Shown here piece by piece: positions 1 through 8,741 of a DNA stretch of 64,000 nt; position 1 is the first letter of the stretch; every line of letters starts with the position of its first letter. The notes below the pieces were generated by a model. That model searched no databases. It was not told the DNA's origin and worked only from the letters and a program-made list of their open reading frames with translations. A program made the translations under genes and the position numbers. Source of the DNA: a bacterium (GTDB lineage Bacteria > Patescibacteriota > Patescibacteriia > UBA2591 > MWDC01); assembly GCA_021158435.1 (NCBI GenBank), contig JAGGUQ010000005.1:527-64526 (forward strand), given 5' to 3'.

Positions 1-135
1 TGGCCAATCATATTTCATAAAACTTTATAAAACTAAAAACCTTGCGACAAGATTAAAAACTTTTAATTTCATGATAAATTTATTCCATTTCCAATAATAA
101 TAAAAAAATGTTATTTTCGGAAACAAGTTAATATT

Positions 136-386
136 ATGACTTTCAATGAACTAAAAGAAAGAGCTAAAACTATCCCTTATTTAGATTGGAAGATATTTTT
201 AAAATGAAGGTAAAAAATAAAAAAGAGCCATTCTTAAAACTGGATAACATTTATCAAAAGAAAGTCATTCCTAACATCAATCAATTCAAGAAAAAATTGG
301 CACCTTTTCTAATTGATGAAATAAAAATCCCTTATTTAGATATATTTGGAAAATTAATTAAGAAAGAGATAGACTCCCACATCTAA
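136..386 (+). pseudogene. Possible frameshifted gene remnant, function unclear
   Basis: ATG at 136 gives MTFNELKERAKTIPYLD, and one extra T would join it to ORF 186..386 (LEDIFKMK...). The 15-mer ATCCCTTATTTAGAT is repeated at 172-186 and 327-341. Confidence 0.25.
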
Positions 387-433
387 CTCTAACCCTTCTT
401 TTCTATCTACTTAATATTTAATCCCTATCAAAA

Positions 434-1369
434 ATGGTTTATCCTTTACTTTTGTTAATCTCTCTTATTATCTCATCTATTGCAATTCCTATCTTGCAAA
501 ATTTCGGAATCAAAAAACACCTTTGCGATGACCCTACTGGCGATGTTCTAAAAGTCCATAAAAAACCAATACCATATTTAGGTGGTATTGGAATATTTTT
601 AGGACTATCTAGCGGTTTAATCACTGCTCGCCTATTTCACCAAGTCTCTGGCTTACAAGCAGCAGGAATAATCATTGGCAGTATTATTATTTTATTCTTA
701 GGATTTTGGGATGATTTAAAATGGAAAAAAAATAGTCATCCCTTAATTAAATTACTCTGCCAGTTTATTGCTGGCTTTTTAATTATTTTCATTCTACTCG
801 AAATTGGCGTAAATTTTCATTTCTCAATAAATCCAATCTTAGGAGCTTTAATATCTGCCTTTTATATTGTTGGGGCAATGAACGCTATAAATATGCAAGA
901 TGGATTAGATGGTATAGCTGGCGGGGTAGTTGGCATTTCTTTAATTGCTTTCAGTCTTTTATCTTTTCTATCAAACAATACCTTTGCCTTAATTTTATCA
1001 TTAAGCCTATTGGGCGGAGTTATTGGTTTTTTGCTGTACAATTGGCATCCAGCTTCTATTTTTATGGGTGACAATGGAAGCCATTTCTTAGGATTTTCAC
1101 TGGCAGTTTTAGCAATAATGTTTACAGGCCATCCAATTTACAATTTTCCTAAATTTATAGGTCCAGTTCTAATTATCGGCTTACCTGTCCTTGATACCAC
1201 TTGGGCAATTATTAGAAGGACTATCCAGGGTAAATCTCCTTTCCAAGGAGACAGAGGCCATTTATATGACAGACTTCACCAAAAGGGCCTATCAGTTCAA
1301 AAAACTGCTTTAATTTGTTGTTCAATCCAAGCTATAATCGTAAGTATCGGTTTCTTACTTAGCGCTTAA
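434..1369 (+). CDS. WecA/MraY-family (GT4) polyprenyl-phosphate sugar-1-phosphate transferase
   Basis: Multi-TM protein with HKKPIPYLGG, GFWDD, NAINMQDGLDG, PASIFMGDNGS and DRGHLY motifs. Confidence 0.9.
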   Translation: MVYPLLLLISLIISSIAIPILQNFGIKKHLCDDPTGDVLKVHKKPIPYLGGIGIFLGLSSGLITARLFHQVSGLQAAGIIIGSIIILFLGFWDDLKWKKNSHPLIKLLCQFIAGFLIIFILLEIGVNFHFSINPILGALISAFYIVGAMNAINMQDGLDGIAGGVVGISLIAFSLLSFLSNNTFALILSLSLLGGVIGFLLYNWHPASIFMGDNGSHFLGFSLAVLAIMFTGHPIYNFPKFIGPVLIIGLPVLDTTWAIIRRTIQGKSPFQGDRGHLYDRLHQKGLSVQKTALICCSIQAIIVSIGFLLSA

Positions 1370-1386
1370 AATAATACTTAAAAACC

Positions 1387-2496
1387 ATGAAAATTCCTTT
1401 ATTTAAAATTTATTGGTCAAAAAATGATATCCAATCAGTAGAAAAAATAATCAAATCAGGAAAATATTGGGCTACTGGAGAACAAATAGAAAAACTTGAA
1501 AAAGAAATTTGCAAATTTTTAAAAATAAAATACTGTTTAGTTTTTAATTCTGGGGGGTCAGCCCTTTTTACCTTAATGAAAGCCTTTAATTTTAAAAAAG
1601 GAGATGAAATAATTGTTCCCTCGTTTACTTTCATTGCTACAGCTTATGCTCCTTTATATGTAGGGGCAAAACCCATCTTCGCTGATATTGAAGAAAAAAC
1701 TCTTGGGCTTGACCCAGAAGATGTTAGAAAAAAAATAACATCAAAAACTAAAGCAATAATTGCCATACACTATGGAGGAATGCCCTGCCAAATTAATAAA
1801 CTTAAAAAAATAGCAAAAGAATATAAAATAAGCTTAATTGAAGATGTGGCTGAATCGTTTGGAGCAAAGATAAAAAATAAATATGTTGGGACCTTTGGGA
1901 AGGCAAGCATTTTAAGCTTCTGTCAAAACAAAATTTTTACCACAGGAGAAGGCGGAGCAATTATTACCAATAGTCGTGAAATCTACAAAAAAGCAAAACT
2001 TATCCGTTCCTATGGGCAAAAAAGCATAAAATCTAATGTAGATTACATAACCCCTGGATATAACCTAAGAATGCCAACAATGTTAGCTGCTTTAGGGCTC
2101 AGTCAGTTAAAAAAGACAAATTGGATTATTAAAAAAAGAAGAGAAAAAGCAAAATATTTAAATGAAAATCTCAAAAAAAATAAAGAAATTATAGTTTTTG
2201 AACAACCAAATCAAAATTACTATCCAGTATATCAACTTTATACAATAAGAGTTTTAAAAAATAAAAGAAATAAACTTCTAAAATACCTTCAGAAAAAAGG
2301 TATCAGCTGTAAAATATATTTTAAACCAGTCCATAAATATACTGCTTTCAAAAAATTAGGCTATAAACACATACATCTTCCTAATACAGAAAAAATATCC
2401 AAACAAGTGCTTTCTCTTCCAATATACCCTGAAATCAGTCTTAAAGAACTAAAATACATAACTACAACTATTAAGAGTTTTTTCAAAAATGATTAA
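1387..2496 (+). CDS. DegT/DnrJ/EryC1/StrS PLP-dependent sugar aminotransferase
   Basis: GDEIIVPSFTFIAT, IEDVAESFG, SFCQNKIFTTGEGG (PLP lysine), GYNLRM, LSLPIYP. Confidence 0.93.
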   Translation: MKIPLFKIYWSKNDIQSVEKIIKSGKYWATGEQIEKLEKEICKFLKIKYCLVFNSGGSALFTLMKAFNFKKGDEIIVPSFTFIATAYAPLYVGAKPIFADIEEKTLGLDPEDVRKKITSKTKAIIAIHYGGMPCQINKLKKIAKEYKISLIEDVAESFGAKIKNKYVGTFGKASILSFCQNKIFTTGEGGAIITNSREIYKKAKLIRSYGQKSIKSNVDYITPGYNLRMPTMLAALGLSQLKKTNWIIKKRREKAKYLNENLKKNKEIIVFEQPNQNYYPVYQLYTIRVLKNKRNKLLKYLQKKGISCKIYFKPVHKYTAFKKLGYKHIHLPNTEKISKQVLSLPIYPEISLKELKYITTTIKSFFKND

Positions 2497-4327
2497 ATTC
2501 GCCCATAAACATAAAAAAATTCTTTTTTTCATAGGAGATGTTTTAGGCATTATTTTTATTGCCTGGATATCCTTTCTAACTCGTTTTGAGGGGCATATCC
2601 CTGTTCGCTATTTAAAAAACTTCCATCTTCTGATCTTCTTAGGTTTAATTTTTAATTTGCCGATTTTCTATTGGCAAGGCTTATACCGTTTTAATTGGAG
2701 CTATATTGGAATTAGAGAACTCTATAAAATTATTAAGTCAGTAACTTTTGCCTGTCTTTTAATCACTGCCAGCTTATTTATTTTCCGTGATATAGAACCT
2801 TTTTCTGGATTCCCCCGCTCCATTATTTTTATAAACTACTTTTTAACTCTCTTGTTTATTTGTGGTTCAAGGGCTAGCAAAAGAATTTTTACTGAATCTA
2901 TTAAAAAACCCAACAAAAACGGCAAAAGGGTTCTAATTGTTGGAGCTGGAGAAGCTGGAGAAGAATTATGTCGAGCTATTTTAAAAACTAAAGGTTATAA
3001 CCTAATTGGATTTATTGATGATGCAGAAGATAAACAAAAAAGCACTATTCATGGTTATCCCATTTTAGGCAAAAGAAAAGATATCCCTGAAATTGTTAAA
3101 CAAAATAAAATAGAAGAAGTAATTATTGCTCTTCCTTCAGTTGGAGCAAAAATTATCAAACAAACTGTAGAAATTTGCCGTCAAGCTAAAATAAATAAAA
3201 TAAAAATTATCCCCTCAAGAGAAGAAATTATTGAAGGTAAAGTTAGTTTATCTAATATTAGAGATATTAGTATTGAAGATTTATTAACAAGGGATACTGT
3301 TTCTATTGATACTTCAACTATAGAAGAATTCATTAGTGGCAAAAAAATTTTAGTTACTGGAGCAGCTGGATCAATTGGCTCTTATTTATGTAGGCAAGTT
3401 CTTAAATTTAAACCTGCTCATCTCATTGGATTAGATCAAAATGAAACAGGAATTTTTAATTTAGAAAGAGAGCTATCAAAAATAAAAGTAGATCAATCTT
3501 TTGTTATTGCTGATATTTGCGACAAAAATAAAATTGAGCGAATCTTTAATCAATACAAGCCAGACGTAGTTTTTCATGCCGCAGCTTACAAACATGTTCC
3601 ACTAATGGAAAAACACCCTGATGAAGCAGTAAAAAACAATATTTTCGGAACTTTAAATGTCGCTCAAGCATCTATAAAATATAAGGTAAAAAAATTCGTC
3701 TTTATCTCAACCGATAAAGCAGTGAACCCTACATCTGTAATGGGGGCAACAAAACGAATTGGTGAAATGATTTGTCAATGGTTAAATAAATCACAAGGGA
3801 ATCCCTCTACTCTCTTTTGCGCTGTAAGATTTGGTAATGTATTAGATTCACAGGGAAATGTAGTTGGTATCTTTGAAAAACAAATAAAAAAAGGCGGACC
3901 TGTTGAAGTAACTGACCCAGAAATGAAACGCTATTTTATGGTAACTTCTGAAGCCTGTTTACTAGTAATGCAGGCTGCTGCAATTTCCAAAGGTGGCGAA
4001 ATCTTTGTATTAGATATGGGTCAACCTATAAAAATTGTTGATTTAGCAAAAGAAATGATTAAATTAGCCGGTTATCAGCCTGATGTAGATATTCCTATTG
4101 TTTTCACCAAGCCCAGACCAGGAGAAAAACTATTTGAGGAAATTTTAACTAAAAAAGAAATTCCAACTAAGCACGAAAAAATTTTTATTGCTAAACTTCC
4201 TGAAATTAACGAACAAAAACTAAGTGAACATCTAAAAAAACTAAAAACAACAATTGAAACTTTAAACAAAGAGGAAATAATAAAAATTCTTAAAGAAATT
4301 GTCCCATCCTATTCGCCTACCAGTTGA
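2489..4327 (+). CDS. PglF/CapD-like membrane-bound UDP-GlcNAc 4,6-dehydratase
   Basis: N-terminal TMs, IVGAGEAG, VTGAAGSIGS, FHAAAYKHVP, STDKAVNPTSVMGATKR, VRFGNV, RPGEKLFEE. Confidence 0.92.
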   Translation: MIKFAHKHKKILFFIGDVLGIIFIAWISFLTRFEGHIPVRYLKNFHLLIFLGLIFNLPIFYWQGLYRFNWSYIGIRELYKIIKSVTFACLLITASLFIFRDIEPFSGFPRSIIFINYFLTLLFICGSRASKRIFTESIKKPNKNGKRVLIVGAGEAGEELCRAILKTKGYNLIGFIDDAEDKQKSTIHGYPILGKRKDIPEIVKQNKIEEVIIALPSVGAKIIKQTVEICRQAKINKIKIIPSREEIIEGKVSLSNIRDISIEDLLTRDTVSIDTSTIEEFISGKKILVTGAAGSIGSYLCRQVLKFKPAHLIGLDQNETGIFNLERELSKIKVDQSFVIADICDKNKIERIFNQYKPDVVFHAAAYKHVPLMEKHPDEAVKNNIFGTLNVAQASIKYKVKKFVFISTDKAVNPTSVMGATKRIGEMICQWLNKSQGNPSTLFCAVRFGNVLDSQGNVVGIFEKQIKKGGPVEVTDPEMKRYFMVTSEACLLVMQAAAISKGGEIFVLDMGQPIKIVDLAKEMIKLAGYQPDVDIPIVFTKPRPGEKLFEEILTKKEIPTKHEKIFIAKLPEINEQKLSEHLKKLKTTIETLNKEEIIKILKEIVPSYSPTS

Positions 4328-4351
4328 CAATCAGCTCTAATCTAATAAAAT
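4324..4351 (+). promoter_or_regulatory. Putative sigma70 promoter for the wzz-like gene
   Basis: TTGACA (4324-4329), 16 bp, TAAAAT (4346-4351), 22 nt upstream of ATG 4374. Confidence 0.5.
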
Positions 4352-4373
4352 AATCTTATTAAAACAAATTACT

Positions 4374-5378
4374 ATGGAAGAAAACTATCAAAACCCCCAA
4401 GAAAAAAACACCTTAGAAAAATCCATTGAAGAAAGCCCTGTTTTGGAAACAACACCCAAACCTTACCTCGATGAAGACGAGATTGACTTGATAGACTATC
4501 TAAAAGTTATTTGGAAAAGAAAAATAGGTGTAATCATTATTACAATCATTGCTGTTTTAGGAACCAGCCTTATTTCTTTATTTGTCCTACCAAAAATTTA
4601 CCAATCAAGCATTTTAATTAAAATAGGGGAAATAAACGGAAAAAATATTGAACAAATAAGTGATATTGCTATTGCTTTAAAACAAGAAAGTATACTTTCT
4701 GAAATTGCCAAAGCATTAAATTGGGATACAGAAAATTCAAAAAATAAAATTGATAATCTAAGGAATAATATAAAATTAGAAAAACAACCAGAAGAAGATT
4801 TAATAAAAATATCTGCTCAAAGTACTTCTCCTGAAGAATCCTATCAAATTATCTCTACTCTTAATAATATTTTACTTTCTTCTCATCAAGAAAAACTTAA
4901 ACAGGCTGAAGATTTAATAAATACAGAAATTGAAAACCTTAAAGAACAAAAACAAAAAATTGAAAAAAATCTTGAGGCTGCCAAACAAAGCTTGGAACAA
5001 ATAAAAAATGATATCTCTTTTTATGAACAAGAAATTAACAAAAGAACAGGCACTGAATCCGAAGCCCAAGGTCTAATTGCCCAATCATATATCAATCTAC
5101 TAGCTGAAGCAAAAAAACAAAAAGAAGACAAAGAATCTCAAATTCTTTCCTTAGAACAAGAAAAACTTAATTTAGATAAAACCATCCAACAAAAAGAATA
5201 TGAAAAAAAATATGGAATGAAAATGAGTGAAGTAGTTGTATCTCCTGAAATTCCAGATAAACCATTTAAACCAAATGTCTTACTAAATACAATTATTGCT
5301 GGAATATTAGGACTATTTATTGGCATTTTCTGGGCTTTTGGAGCAGAATATGTAGAAAAAAACAAAGGAAGACTTTAA
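4374..5378 (+). CDS. wzz: Wzz/FepE-type polysaccharide chain-length determinant
   Basis: DEIDLIDYLKVIWKRK, N- and C-terminal TMs, central coiled coil, PxxPxKP before the last TM. Confidence 0.85.
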   Translation: MEENYQNPQEKNTLEKSIEESPVLETTPKPYLDEDEIDLIDYLKVIWKRKIGVIIITIIAVLGTSLISLFVLPKIYQSSILIKIGEINGKNIEQISDIAIALKQESILSEIAKALNWDTENSKNKIDNLRNNIKLEKQPEEDLIKISAQSTSPEESYQIISTLNNILLSSHQEKLKQAEDLINTEIENLKEQKQKIEKNLEAAKQSLEQIKNDISFYEQEINKRTGTESEAQGLIAQSYINLLAEAKKQKEDKESQILSLEQEKLNLDKTIQQKEYEKKYGMKMSEVVVSPEIPDKPFKPNVLLNTIIAGILGLFIGIFWAFGAEYVEKNKGRL

Positions 5379-5391
5379 TCCAGACCCCCAA

Positions 5392-5453
5392 ACTTCCCGG
5401 AGAGACTTCCCGGAGGCAGTCTCCGGAGGTACTCCGGAATTAGACGGAATTAG
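5392..5453. repeat. GC-rich CTCCGGAG palindrome array, copy 1
   Basis: ACTTCCCGGAGAG-ACTTCCCGGAG-GCAGT-CTCCGGAG-GTA-CTCCGGAATTAGA-CGGAATTAGA, between wzz and the AbiE promoter. Confidence 0.9.
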
Positions 5454-5480
5454 AAAAGTTTATATTCAGATTTAGCTCTC

Positions 5481-5520
5481 TTGATATAAAATAAGATGGG
5501 TATATAATAAATATACCCAT
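5481..5520 (+). promoter_or_regulatory. AbiE promoter with inverted-repeat operator
   Basis: TTGATA (5481-86), 16 bp, TATAAT (5503-08); perfect IR ATGGGTATAT-5nt-ATATACCCAT (5496-5520) overlaps the -10. Confidence 0.7.
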
Positions 5521-5554
5521 TTCATTTACTTTAGAATAAACTAATATAACTGAA

Positions 5555-6205
5555 ATGGCTATAAGAAAGAGGCTTACAAAAAAGAAATTAACCTCCTTTA
5601 AGGTAGAAGAAGAATTGTTACGAAGAAATATTTTAATATTTTCTCCTCTTGAATTTAGACAAATTTTTAAAGTGACAAAGGAGGCAGCTGCTTTTTTTAT
5701 AAATTATAACTTAAAAAAGGGCTTTTTTATTAAATTAAGAAAAGGACTTTATTCTATGAAACATCATCCACCCTCTGAGTTAGAAATCGCTAATCGAGTT
5801 TACCAACCATCCTACGTTTCCTTAGAATACGCAATGATGTATTATCATATTATTCCTGATACTGTTTATAGTGTAACCTCTGTTACAACAAAAACAACTC
5901 GAGAATTTATTATTAATAATGTATCTTATACTTATAGTAGAATCAAAAAATCTTCTTTTACTGGTTATATAAAAAAATACTTAAACGGGAATATCGTTCT
6001 AATCGCTGAACCAGAAAAAGCTTTTATTGATTATCTTTATTTTGTTGACTTAGGGAAAAAGGTAATTTACGACCGCCTGAACATACACAATCTAACAAAA
6101 GAAAAAATGCTTAACTATGCAAAATTATTTAAGAGAAACTCATTGATAAAATTGTTAAACAACATATATGATAAGCGCCGAAGAAATAAAGAGATTATCT
6201 ATTAG
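5555..6205 (+). CDS. abiEi: AbiEi-like type IV TA antitoxin / transcriptional regulator
   Basis: LRKGLY, PSYVSLEYAM, VTSVTT, IAEPEKAFIDYLY; overlaps the downstream nucleotidyltransferase gene. Confidence 0.8.
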   Translation: MAIRKRLTKKKLTSFKVEEELLRRNILIFSPLEFRQIFKVTKEAAAFFINYNLKKGFFIKLRKGLYSMKHHPPSELEIANRVYQPSYVSLEYAMMYYHIIPDTVYSVTSVTTKTTREFIINNVSYTYSRIKKSSFTGYIKKYLNGNIVLIAEPEKAFIDYLYFVDLGKKVIYDRLNIHNLTKEKMLNYAKLFKRNSLIKLLNNIYDKRRRNKEIIY

Positions 6206-6905
6206 AGGGCAAACAAGCCCAACGGTTACCGCCAGAGAATATGTCCAACATTGCTTATTATCCGAACTGTACAAATTAGAAGGGGCTGAAAAGCTTCTAT
6301 TTAAAGGCGGAACTGCTTTAAGAATTATCTATCACAGCCCAAGATTCTCTGAAGATTTGGATTTTACGGGCATTCATCGCATTACTTACTATGAAATTAA
6401 GAATATTCTGACCAAAACGCTGGTCAACTTAAATAATTGGGGCTTTAAAACTGATATTAATGAAGCCAAAAAAACACCTGGGGGATATTTGGCGAATCTT
6501 AACTTCTCGTTTCTGGAATTTAAAATATCAATTAAAGTAGAAATCTCCTTTAGACAAAGCAAACAAAGACTAAAAGCAGAAATTTCCAGAATTAAAAATG
6601 AGTATATCCCATATTACGACATTATCCACCTACCGATAGAAGAAATAATTAAGGGAAAAATTAATGCTCTACTTTCACGAGCGAAAGCGCGTGATTGGTA
6701 TGATTTCTACTTCTTCCTAAATAATAGAATGCTTAGTCCTAAACAAAAAGATGTATTACCACAAATTTTACTAAAACTTAAAAGAACAAAGACAGATTTT
6801 AAAAAGGATTTAAAAAACTTTTTACCTCGCAGTCATTACTCGATACTCAAAAATTTTAAGAATAACTTAATAAAGGAAATTGAAGCTTACTCAAAAAAGG
6901 TTTAG
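6168..6905 (+). CDS. abiEii: AbiEii/AbiGii nucleotidyltransferase toxin (type IV TA)
   Basis: LFKGGTALR, RFSEDLDF, K..ALLSRAKARDWYDF. Confidence 0.88.
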   Translation: MISAEEIKRLSIRGQTSPTVTAREYVQHCLLSELYKLEGAEKLLFKGGTALRIIYHSPRFSEDLDFTGIHRITYYEIKNILTKTLVNLNNWGFKTDINEAKKTPGGYLANLNFSFLEFKISIKVEISFRQSKQRLKAEISRIKNEYIPYYDIIHLPIEEIIKGKINALLSRAKARDWYDFYFFLNNRMLSPKQKDVLPQILLKLKRTKTDFKKDLKNFLPRSHYSILKNFKNNLIKEIEAYSKKV

Positions 6906-6930
6906 TTAGTTAAAAGCTTTCTTATAAAAG

Positions 6931-6960
6931 AAAAAACTGATCCTTAAAGGACCAGTTTTT
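6931..6960. terminator. Bidirectional intrinsic terminator between convergent abiEii and recA
   Basis: AAAAAACTGATCCT-TAA-AGGACCAGTTTTT hairpin with A and T tracts on both sides. Confidence 0.75.
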
Positions 6961-6982
6961 AAAATTATACAAATCCAGACTA

Positions 6983-8002
6983 CTATTCTTTTTTTGCTTG
7001 TTCTAAAATCTTTTTTCGAATTTCTGCAGCAATTTTTGGATTATCTTTAAGAAACTTTTTTGATGCTTCTTTACCAACACCAATCTTAACTTCCCCAAAA
7101 CTTAATGTCCTTCCTGATTGCTTAATAACACCATACTTTATTCCTGTATCAATTAAATCACTTTCTTTAGAAATTCCTTGCCCGTAAATTATATCAAACT
7201 CACAAACCTTAAAAGGAGGCGCTACTTTATTCTTAACTATTTTTGCCCTTACTCTATTCCCTATTATCTCGTCTCCTTTCTTTATTTGAGCCTTTTTTTC
7301 TACTCTAATTCTAACTGAAGAATAAAATTTAAGAGCTAAACCTCCTGGGGTTGTTTCAGGATTGCCAAACATCACCCCTATTTTCTGACGAATCTGATTA
7401 ATAAAAATTACTACTGTTTTTGTTTTATCAACAATTGAAGCCAATTTCCTACAACCCTGGCTCATTAAACGAGCTTGTCTTCCTAAATGTTGTTCTCCCA
7501 TTTCTCCTCTAATTTCAGCTTCTGGGGTTAAAGCAGCAACAGAATCAACAACTATAGCATCTACTCCATTTGAACGAACTAATGTCTCAACTATTTCTAA
7601 GGCTTGCTCTCCTGTATCTGGCTGAGAAATTAAAAGATCGTCAACATTTACACCTAAACGTTTAGCATAATCAGGATCAAGAGCATGCTCAGCATCAACA
7701 TAAGCAGCAACTCCTCCTTTTTTTTGAACTTCAGCCAAAATATGGAGACAAAGAGTAGACTTACCACTCATTTCTGGACCAAAAACTTCAATAATCCTTC
7801 CTCGAGGGATTCCTCCAACTCCCAAAGCTAAATCAAGAGCTAAACATCCAGTAGGAATTACCTCAACGTTCATTTTTCTCGCTTCTCCCAATCTCATAAT
7901 TGACCCTTCTCCAAACTTATTCTTAATCAAATCAATAGCTGCTTGAGCAGCTTTTCTTCTTTGCTCAGGAGAAGGTTGATTTGTTTCTTGTTTTTTAGAC
8001 AT
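6983..8002 (-). CDS. recA: Recombinase RecA
   Basis: [62 protein letters not shown]. Confidence 0.99.
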   Translation of the reverse strand: MSKKQETNQPSPEQRRKAAQAAIDLIKNKFGEGSIMRLGEARKMNVEVIPTGCLALDLALGVGGIPRGRIIEVFGPEMSGKSTLCLHILAEVQKKGGVAAYVDAEHALDPDYAKRLGVNVDDLLISQPDTGEQALEIVETLVRSNGVDAIVVDSVAALTPEAEIRGEMGEQHLGRQARLMSQGCRKLASIVDKTKTVVIFINQIRQKIGVMFGNPETTPGGLALKFYSSVRIRVEKKAQIKKGDEIIGNRVRAKIVKNKVAPPFKVCEFDIIYGQGISKESDLIDTGIKYGVIKQSGRTLSFGEVKIGVGKEASKKFLKDNPKIAAEIRKKILEQAKKE

Positions 8003-8064
8003 AAAAGTAAATAAATAAGGTTTTCTTAAGGATAACTAAAAAAATATAAAAAGTCAACTATTTA

Positions 8065-8736
8065 TTAATTTTCTGGAGGATTTTCAACAAAAACAACTTT
8101 TCGGGTTACTTTTCTAAAACTTGAATGCTCTTTTTTAACAGCAACTTCAATAATATTAAGACCAGGATTAAGACTAATATATTCTTCAAAATCACCCCCT
8201 TTAAAATTTTCTATTAAATGTCCATTGATATAAAGATAGGCATTTCTTTCTTCTGTTTTTCCTTTAACTAAAAGAAGGGGCTCTTTGTAAACAATCTGGT
8301 TATCTAATGGAGAATAAACTTCTAAAAACGGCGGCTGGAAAATAGGCAGTATTTTGAAAAAAACAAAACTAAATAAAGCAACAGTCAAAACAACTAAAGG
8401 TATATAAAAATAGAAAAAACTTACTTTTTTAACTTTTGATTCCTTTTTTCTAAAATGAATATCCTGGAAATAAAAACTTGATTCCTCCTCAAAACGGGAC
8501 AAAATCTCTTCCTTATTTTCTATTCCTAAAAAATCTAAGTATCTTCTTAAAAAATTAACTGCATATACTTTACTTGGCAGTTTTTCATAATCTCCTTGCT
8601 CTAAAGCAGAAAGGTAAATTTTACCTATTCTTAGCTCTTTTTCTAGAAACTCTAAACTAATACCTTTTTCCTGCCTTTTTTCTTTTAAAATGTTCCCTAT
8701 ATTCTTAGGGGTTATTAACTTAGTTTGTACTTTCAT
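8065..8736 (-). CDS. RodZ-like XRE helix-turn-helix membrane protein
   Basis: IGNILKEKRQEKGISL..YLSALEQGDYEKLP..Y...FLRRY, single TM, Ig-like C-terminus; between ftsK and recA. Confidence 0.75.
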   Translation of the reverse strand: MKVQTKLITPKNIGNILKEKRQEKGISLEFLEKELRIGKIYLSALEQGDYEKLPSKVYAVNFLRRYLDFLGIENKEEILSRFEEESSFYFQDIHFRKKESKVKKVSFFYFYIPLVVLTVALFSFVFFKILPIFQPPFLEVYSPLDNQIVYKEPLLLVKGKTEERNAYLYINGHLIENFKGGDFEEYISLNPGLNIIEVAVKKEHSSFRKVTRKVVFVENPPEN

Positions 8737-8741
8737 AAAAA

